Assembly (NCBI GenBank): GCA_001552015.1
Contig: CP010514.1
Coordinates: forward strand, 180,001-212,000
DNA: 32,000 nt
Direction: 5' to 3'
From: Candidatus Nanopusillus acidilobi
Lineage (GTDB): Archaea; Nanobdellota; Nanobdellia; Nanobdellales; Nanobdellaceae
The position numbers were made by a program, and so were the translations under genes. Below the pieces are notes generated by a model that had not been told where the DNA came from, made no database searches, and saw only the letters and a program-made list of their open reading frames with translations. Positions within the stretch are counted from its first letter, which is position 1. Each line of letters begins with the position of its first letter. This document shows positions 26,467 through 32,000 of this stretch, in pieces.

Positions 26467-26733
26467 ATGAAAATATCTTATATGTATGAATCATTTGATT
26501 ATATAAAAGAAGGAATAATATATGGGAAAATAAAAAATATAATGAAAGATAAAGTAATAATAGAAATAAATGGAAAAGATTATTCATTTGATAAATCTAT
26601 AGATATAAATAATTTAAATTCTGGTGATTATGTAAGATTTTATATAAAAAATAATAATATAATTTATATTGAAAAAATAAGCCAGAATTTATATGAGAAT
26701 ATTAAGAAAATTTTAGAAAGTTTAAACGAATAA
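26467..26733 (+). CDS. Hypothetical small protein (88 aa)
   Basis: ATG follows the preceding stop with no gap. Beta-rich pattern (GIIYGKIKNIMKDKVIIEINGKDYSF...GDYVRFYI), possibly a small barrel. No secure family assignment. Confidence 0.35.
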   Translation: MKISYMYESFDYIKEGIIYGKIKNIMKDKVIIEINGKDYSFDKSIDINNLNSGDYVRFYIKNNNIIYIEKISQNLYENIKKILESLNE

Positions 26734-27282
26734 TTCTTTCTTATTTTTTATTAAGAATATTAGCCAAAAAATAATTAAAAATATTGTTGTAAATATTTCC
26801 CATAAAAAATTGTGTAAAAAATAAGGATTAATATTAAAGATATAATAAAAATAAAAGACAGACCACAATCTAAATATATTTAGAATAAATAATATTGGGG
26901 AAAAGATAATGAAATAATATAATTTTTTCTTTATATTTAATATTGGTGTAGAAAATATGAGTGCAAAAATACCGAATACTGATTTAAAGCCTGTGCATTC
27001 TTGATCAATTATAAAGCTTATGTTTTTTATATATATTACATTACTTTTCAATGTGAAATTTAAATGAGAATAATATAATATTTTTGATATAAATTCAGAA
27101 TAACTTATTAAAAAATTATATGGTAAAACAATATAATAATAGCTAAATAAAAATAATGGTATTGAATATATTAACATATTTGCAAAAAATATAGATAAAA
27201 TTAATTCTTTTCTTAATAATTTGTTTCTTTTTGCATAATCTATTAATTTACTATAATATTTTTTTATTATATATTCAAACAT
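26722..27282 (-). CDS. Minimal exosortase/archaeosortase-family membrane protein (candidate transpeptidase)
   Basis: 186-aa polytopic protein carrying the family's Cys/Arg/His triad in the expected order and context: IIDQEC96TGFKS, LNIFR138LW and YFLH157NF. About 100 aa shorter than ArtA-type enzymes. Confidence 0.5.
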   Translation of the reverse strand: MFEYIIKKYYSKLIDYAKRNKLLRKELILSIFFANMLIYSIPLFLFSYYYIVLPYNFLISYSEFISKILYYSHLNFTLKSNVIYIKNISFIIDQECTGFKSVFGIFALIFSTPILNIKKKLYYFIIFSPILFILNIFRLWSVFYFYYIFNINPYFLHNFLWEIFTTIFLIIFWLIFLIKNKKELFV

Positions 27283-27733
27283 TTTTTACTTTTGCAGCAA
27301 CTCCAATTTTAAAATCCTCGATTTCTTTTCCAGATAATAAGCTTTCTCCTATTGCTAATAGATTATCATTTTTATCAACTATTAATACAATATCTCTTGG
27401 TAATATATTTTCATCTAAGTTTTCAACAAATTTATTAAATACAGATTTTCCTTCTTTTATAAATTTTGTTGCTTCGTCTTTTACAACAATCCTATATTTT
27501 GGAAATTCTAGAAATTCTTTTACTATTAGTCCTCCATAAAATGTTAATATAATAAATCCTGTTGTTGGTTCTATTGTCCCAAACAATTTATCATCAATAT
27601 ATATTCTTCTTATTCTTCCGGTTTTTTTACTTTTTTCGATTTTTATTTTTTCTTTATACTTTTCAATTATTTTATCTCCGATATTATCTCCAAATTGATA
27701 ATTCAATATTCCTCTAACTATTGATAATTCCAT
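27275..27733 (-). CDS. PUA-domain RNA-binding protein (archaeal pre-PUA + PUA type)
   Basis: The C-terminal PUA pattern is YRIVVKDEATKFIKEGKSVFNKFVENLDENILPRDIVLIVDKNDNLLAIGESLLSGKEIEDFKIGVAAKV. Overlaps both neighbours, by 8 and 20 nt. Confidence 0.6.
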   Translation of the reverse strand: MELSIVRGILNYQFGDNIGDKIIEKYKEKIKIEKSKKTGRIRRIYIDDKLFGTIEPTTGFIILTFYGGLIVKEFLEFPKYRIVVKDEATKFIKEGKSVFNKFVENLDENILPRDIVLIVDKNDNLLAIGESLLSGKEIEDFKIGVAAKVKNV

Positions 27734-28346
27734 AATAATATAATATAAACTTTTCAGCTATCTCTTCAGCAATTATACTATTATTATTGTATATAATTAC
27801 TGTATTATTCTGATTATTAAATATTATTCCATAAGAATTATTTGTTGGTATCAGATATATTAATAATGTTTCATTTCTTGGTAAAATATATGTTAGGTTT
27901 TCATAACTATTATATAAAGTATATAGAAAAACATAATTATCATTTATACTATTATTCTCTAGAAAATATTTGCATCCAGGACTATTATAGTAAAAAGAAC
28001 ATGCATATATAACATTTTTGTTATATTTTAATAAATATAGCAATATATAAAGAATTTCAGCATTATAATATTCATTTAATGTTGGATCAAAAATAAATAA
28101 TTGATATTTATAGTTATTTAATGAATTATATAAACTTATATTTGAATATATTGGTATAAATTCTAATTGCGTAATATTATAAGGTCCAGCAATTGTTATA
28201 TTATTTGGATTTGTATAGATATATGCCTGATTATTGTTGTTATTATTTGTATAATTTATTATTCTAGATTTTATAGTTACCAGTAATACTAAAATTATAA
28301 AAGCTATAATAAAGATCAATAAATTAATAATTTTTTCTTTTTTCAT
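27714..28346 (-). CDS. Membrane-anchored Asn/Tyr-rich protein of unknown function; probably extracellular
   Basis: A single N-terminal hydrophobic anchor (KKEKIINLLIFIIAFIILVLLVTIK). This is followed by an Asn run (NNNNNNQ) and a beta-rich Asn/Tyr ectodomain with two Cys. No family recognised. Confidence 0.5.
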   Translation of the reverse strand: MKKEKIINLLIFIIAFIILVLLVTIKSRIINYTNNNNNNQAYIYTNPNNITIAGPYNITQLEFIPIYSNISLYNSLNNYKYQLFIFDPTLNEYYNAEILYILLYLLKYNKNVIYACSFYYNSPGCKYFLENNSINDNYVFLYTLYNSYENLTYILPRNETLLIYLIPTNNSYGIIFNNQNNTVIIYNNNSIIAEEIAEKFILYYYGIINS

Positions 28347-28398
28347 ATATTAATCTTTTGATAAATATATATAAATTTTCTAATTCTAAAAAATATTA

Positions 28399-29145
28399 AT
28401 GAGTACTAATGATGTTGATGAGAAATTATTGGAGGTTCTTAAACAGAATGCTTATGGATTAACCATCTCCGAACTATCAAAGATCTTAAATATTAATAGA
28501 ATTACATTATCTAAACACTTGGAAATATTAAAGGAAAGGGGTTATTTAAATTATAGAGTTGTTGGAAAAGCAAAAATATGGTATATAAATGAAGATGTAA
28601 ACTTTTTGGAGATGATTCATGGAAATACTCCGATAATAAGGTTAATTAGAAAAGATAAAAATGAATTTTATAGCATTTCCGATATAAAATTTTTGATAAT
28701 TCCTTCTGAAATATTTCAGGTTTTATATTTACAAGCTATGGAAATGAATAATTTAAATTTCATTAGGGATTCTGGAAAAAGATTTGGTATTATAATTTCT
28801 ACTACATATAAAATGTATTCTGGAATGGAAAGAGTTTTAAATGAAGATTATCTAAAAGAAATAATTAAATTAGTTGAGAAATTTGGTTTTGGAAAAATAG
28901 AAGATATATTTATTGATATTAAAACATTAGATTTCTTGATTACATTAAGTTCTTCAATTGAATCATTAGTTTTAAAAGATATAGAAGATATATTGAAGGA
29001 AAAAAATATGGAAATAAAGGAATATTTTATGGAAGGATATTTTGAGGGATTATTAAGTACTTTGTTTGGAATACCTATGATAGCAATAAATAAATCTACA
29101 TTATATAAAGATCAAAAAACAGAATTTGTAATAAGAAAGAAATGA
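28399..29145 (+). CDS. Winged-helix transcriptional regulator with a V4R-like C-terminal domain
   Basis: N-terminal wHTH: LTISELSKILNINRITLSKHLEILKERGYLNYRVVGKAKIWY. The C-terminus YFMEGYFEGLLSTLFGIPMIAINKSTLYKDQKTEFVI follows the V4R pattern (C.f.GfiaG....G..v.v.E..C...G...C.F.i), but the Cys positions are replaced. Confidence 0.5.
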   Translation: MSTNDVDEKLLEVLKQNAYGLTISELSKILNINRITLSKHLEILKERGYLNYRVVGKAKIWYINEDVNFLEMIHGNTPIIRLIRKDKNEFYSISDIKFLIIPSEIFQVLYLQAMEMNNLNFIRDSGKRFGIIISTTYKMYSGMERVLNEDYLKEIIKLVEKFGFGKIEDIFIDIKTLDFLITLSSSIESLVLKDIEDILKEKNMEIKEYFMEGYFEGLLSTLFGIPMIAINKSTLYKDQKTEFVIRKK

Positions 29146-29645
29146 TCATTTGTATAACAGGAGTACCTGGTGTTGGAAAAAGTACAATAGCAAAGAAGTT
29201 GGCTGATCAAATAGATGCTGTTTTAATTGATATATCAGATTTTGCAATTAAAAATAAATTATATGAAGAATATGATGAAGCCGAACAAACATATATAGTG
29301 GATGAAAATACATTATTTCAAGAAATTGATAATTATATAAGAAATTTAAATAGTAAATACATTATTATAGAAGGAAATTTTGCTCATTTATATAATAAAT
29401 GCGATCTATATATTGTTATAAAAACTGACCCAAATATATTATATGAAAGATTATCTAAAGAAAGAAATTATCCATATAATAAAGTTTTCACAAATATATG
29501 GGCAATGAACCTTGAAGTTATAGAAGATGAATTAGAAGAAATGAAAAAAGAATATTATGTTTTTTATAGCAATAAAGAAGATGATATTGATAATATAGTA
29601 AAGGAAATAAAAAGATTAATAGAAAATAAGGAAAAATCAAATTAA
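29142..29645 (+). CDS. Fap7 / adenylate kinase isoenzyme 6-like NTPase (small-subunit ribosome maturation factor)
   Basis: P-loop IICITGVPGVGKSTIAKKLA, the EYDE segment, IIIEGNFAHL and LYERLSKERNYPYNK. Size of 167 aa fits archaeal Fap7. 4-nt overlap with the regulator gene. Confidence 0.7.
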   Translation: MIICITGVPGVGKSTIAKKLADQIDAVLIDISDFAIKNKLYEEYDEAEQTYIVDENTLFQEIDNYIRNLNSKYIIIEGNFAHLYNKCDLYIVIKTDPNILYERLSKERNYPYNKVFTNIWAMNLEVIEDELEEMKKEYYVFYSNKEDDIDNIVKEIKRLIENKEKSN

Positions 29646-29696
29646 TAAAAAATTTTTTAGTCTAAAATTTATAAGTCTTATACATATAATATATAT

Positions 29697-31358
29697 ATGG
29701 CAGAAGATAAAAAAGGATTATATCCAATTGTATTATCTCCAGAAAAATATGCAAGAACAATAGGTAGAGAAGCAATGAGATCAAATATCATGGCAGCTGT
29801 ATTAGTATCAGAAATATTAAAAACATCTTTGGGTCCAAGGGGAATGGATAAAATGTTAGTAGATGAATTGGGAGATGTAACTGTTACAAACGATGGAGCA
29901 ACAATATTGGATCAAATGCATGTTGAACATCCAGCTGCTAAGTTAATAATAGAAATAGCAAAAACACAAGATAAGGAAGTAGGGGATGGTACTAAAAGAT
30001 CTACAGTTTTAGCAGGTGAATTATTAAAGAGGGCAGATGAATTATTAGATAAAAATATACATCCAACAGTTATTATAGAAGGATATAATAAGGCATCAAT
30101 TATCGCTGAAGAATTGGTAAATAAATTGGCTCAAAAAGTATCAATGGATGATGAGGAGACATTGATTAAGGTTGCAAAGTCTGCATTATCATCAAAATTA
30201 GCATCAATATATTCAGATAAGTTAGCAAAAATAATTGTTGATGCTGTTAAAAAAGTAACAGATATTGTAGAATTATCAGATGGAGAAAAGAAAATAATTG
30301 TAGATCTAGATTCATTAAAGATTGAAAAGAAAATTGGCGGTGGCGTAGAAGAAACATCATTAATTGATGGAATAGTAATAGATAAAGAAAAAATACATGG
30401 AGAAATGCCAAAAGTTGTTTCAAATGCAAAGATAGCATTAATAGGTGATGCTATTGAAATTAAAGAAACAGAAACAGATGCAAGGATAAATATATCTTCT
30501 CCAGATCAACTAGAACAGTTCTTGAGTAAAGAAAGAGAAATGCTAAAGAAAATGGTAGAAAAAATAAAAGAAGTAGGAGCAAATGTTGTATTTGCACAAA
30601 AAGGAGTTGATGACTTAGCAGCATATTATTTGGCAAAATATGGAATATTGGCAGTAAGAAGAGTTAAGAAGTCGGATATGGAAAAAATAGCAAAAGCAAC
30701 TGGTGGAAAAATTGTAAATTCTATTGATGAATTATCAGAAAATGATTTGGGATATGCAGAATTAGTTGAAGAGAAAAAGGTTGCAGATGAAAATATGATA
30801 TTTATAACAGGATGTAAGAATCCAAAAGCTGTTACAATATTAATAAGAGCAGGATCTGAGCATGTTGCAGACGAGATTGAAAGATCTATAAATGATGCAA
30901 TTAGGGATGTTGCAACAGTAATTAAATATGGAAAAGTAATTGCTGGAGGTGGTGCATTGGAAATGGAATTGGCAGAAGGAATAAGAAAAGAGGCTAAGAA
31001 AGAGTCATCAAAAGTACAAATGGCAATGCTAGCATTTGCAGATGCATTAGAGTCAATACCATCAGCATTGGCAGAAAATGCTGGCATGGATACTATAGAA
31101 GCAATGACACAATTAAGAGCATTACATGAACAAGGTAAAAAATGGGCTGGAGTAGATGCAATTGAAGGTAAAATTGCAGATATGTGGGAGAAAAATGTAA
31201 TTGAGCCAGCAAATATAACTATACAAGCTATAAAGTCTGCAGTAGAAGCTGCCATAATGGTATTGAAAATAGATGATGTTATTGCCGCAATAGGAAAATC
31301 AACAGAAGGAGGAGAATCTTCTGGTAAGTCAGGAGAAGAGGGAGAAGTTGAAGAATAG
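29697..31358 (+). CDS. ths: Thermosome subunit (group II chaperonin)
   Basis: LGPRGMDKMLVD..GDVTVTNDGATIL, GDGTKRSTVLAGELL, VIAGGGALEMEL and VIEPANI. Acidic Gly/Glu C-terminal tail. Confidence 0.95.
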   Translation: MAEDKKGLYPIVLSPEKYARTIGREAMRSNIMAAVLVSEILKTSLGPRGMDKMLVDELGDVTVTNDGATILDQMHVEHPAAKLIIEIAKTQDKEVGDGTKRSTVLAGELLKRADELLDKNIHPTVIIEGYNKASIIAEELVNKLAQKVSMDDEETLIKVAKSALSSKLASIYSDKLAKIIVDAVKKVTDIVELSDGEKKIIVDLDSLKIEKKIGGGVEETSLIDGIVIDKEKIHGEMPKVVSNAKIALIGDAIEIKETETDARINISSPDQLEQFLSKEREMLKKMVEKIKEVGANVVFAQKGVDDLAAYYLAKYGILAVRRVKKSDMEKIAKATGGKIVNSIDELSENDLGYAELVEEKKVADENMIFITGCKNPKAVTILIRAGSEHVADEIERSINDAIRDVATVIKYGKVIAGGGALEMELAEGIRKEAKKESSKVQMAMLAFADALESIPSALAENAGMDTIEAMTQLRALHEQGKKWAGVDAIEGKIADMWEKNVIEPANITIQAIKSAVEAAIMVLKIDDVIAAIGKSTEGGESSGKSGEEGEVEE

Positions 31359-31399
31359 TTTTTAAAAGATTTATAAATATCAAAATTTTTTATTTTTTT

Positions 31400-31951
31400 A
31401 TGTCATCCTCGGAGTATGAACTTATGCCAACAGATCCTGTCGAAAAATTGGTTGAAGAAGTAGAAAATTTAAAAAACGATTTAGCTGCATTAAAAAATGA
31501 ATTAAAAGATAATATTGAAGAAATAAAAAGACAGATTTCAATACCTTCTGAAACAAATCCAATAGCTAAAAAAGAAGCTCAAGCCCAATTGTATTATGCT
31601 CAATCAAATATAGATACATCATTTTATAAGGAAATTGTAAATTCATTGATAAAAAGTAATATAGACTTACAGGCAAAGATATCTGAATTAGTAGTTGTTA
31701 CAAATAATTTATATAAAGAAATAAAGAATTTATTTGATATATTTAAAGAAGCTGCTTTATTAAGGCCAAAAGAAAAAGAAGCACCAGAAAATAATATTGA
31801 ATTATTAAAGAGAATAGAAAACTTAGAAAAAGCTAATCTAAAAGTAGCAGAATTATTGGATAATCTTAAGAAACAAATAGAAAGTATAAAAGGTAATCAA
31901 AGTACAAGTTATACAAGTTCAGTGGTACAAAGTTATAATAAAAGAATATAA
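31400..31951 (+). CDS. Hypothetical coiled-coil protein (183 aa)
   Basis: Heptad-like Leu/Ile/Lys/Glu segments at both ends (VEKLVEEVENLKNDLAALKNELK; IELLKRIENLEKANLKVAELLDNLKKQIESIK). No catalytic motif. Located directly downstream of the thermosome gene. Confidence 0.45.
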   Translation: MSSSEYELMPTDPVEKLVEEVENLKNDLAALKNELKDNIEEIKRQISIPSETNPIAKKEAQAQLYYAQSNIDTSFYKEIVNSLIKSNIDLQAKISELVVVTNNLYKEIKNLFDIFKEAALLRPKEKEAPENNIELLKRIENLEKANLKVAELLDNLKKQIESIKGNQSTSYTSSVVQSYNKRI

Positions 31952-32000
31952 AATTAATAAATTTTTTTAATATTTTTATAAAATGAAATTACAATCCCAG

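Noticed and set aside
23342-27539. Antisense ORFs 23342..23713 and 24363..24695 inside polC, and 27231..27539 opposite the PUA and archaeosortase-like genes.
   Set aside because: They are shadow ORFs opposite genes with strong motif support. They have no motifs of their own.
30626-31255. 209-aa ORF antisense to the thermosome gene. The same applies to 30247..30438.
   Set aside because: It lies wholly inside a gene of certain identity on the opposite strand. Its Ala/Ser/Ile-rich composition mirrors the Ala/Glu/Ile-rich chaperonin codons. It is a shadow ORF.
1-32000. A search by eye for tRNA or split-tRNA genes, rRNA, C/D-box sRNAs, CRISPR repeats, and transposase, integrase or other mobile-element hallmarks.
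   Set aside because: No intergenic GC-rich stem-forming segment. No regularly spaced repeats. Every (A)TGATGA-like C-box candidate lies inside a coding region without a matching D box. No recombinase-like ORF. A covariance-model scan would be needed to exclude AT-rich ncRNAs.
31983-32000. An ATG (MKLQSQ...) at the extreme right edge that could start the next gene.
   Set aside because: Only six codons are visible, so it cannot be evaluated.

Overview
This window is a very AT-rich (about one quarter G+C by eye), tightly packed archaeal chromosome segment. I call 35 protein-coding genes: 34 from the ORF track and one edge-truncated gene I translated myself. Many neighbours overlap by 4-20 nt. 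I see no tRNA, rRNA, CRISPR array, transposase or integrase. Most genes are information-processing or proteostasis genes. Replication and repair: PolD large subunit, a single-chain AEP primase, Hef helicase-nuclease with a coupled DHH phosphoesterase, an Hjc-like nuclease and an EndoIII-related glycosylase. Translation: AspRS, Trm1, a TrmJ-like SpoU methyltransferase, diphthine synthase, Fap7 and ribosomal proteins L31e, L18e, L13 and S9. Proteostasis: Cdc48/VCP, thermosome, peroxiredoxin, rhomboid and an M1 aminopeptidase. Nucleotide metabolism: dCTP deaminase and a ThyA-type enzyme. The composition, compaction and fused primase suggest a reduced DPANN/Nanoarchaeota-like genome; this is inference. 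The items most worth follow-up are: (1) an ArmA/RmtB-like (FmrO family) 16S rRNA methyltransferase homologue, translationally coupled to an E1/MoeB-like enzyme and to cdc48; (2) a ThyA core fused to an MtrA-like domain; (3) a cysteine-poor single-chain primase; (4) a leaderless CWB2-like repeat protein at the end of the hef-DHH gene string; (5) a minimal archaeosortase-like protein in an overlapping operon with a membrane-anchored Asn-rich protein and no visible substrate; (6) perfect nucleotide repeats between the two AAA modules of cdc48; (7) an unusually long 369-nt spacer containing a perfect tandem 13-mer. Family assignments come from motifs read by eye and remembered family signatures, not from database searches. 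Hand-counted coordinates may be off by 1.
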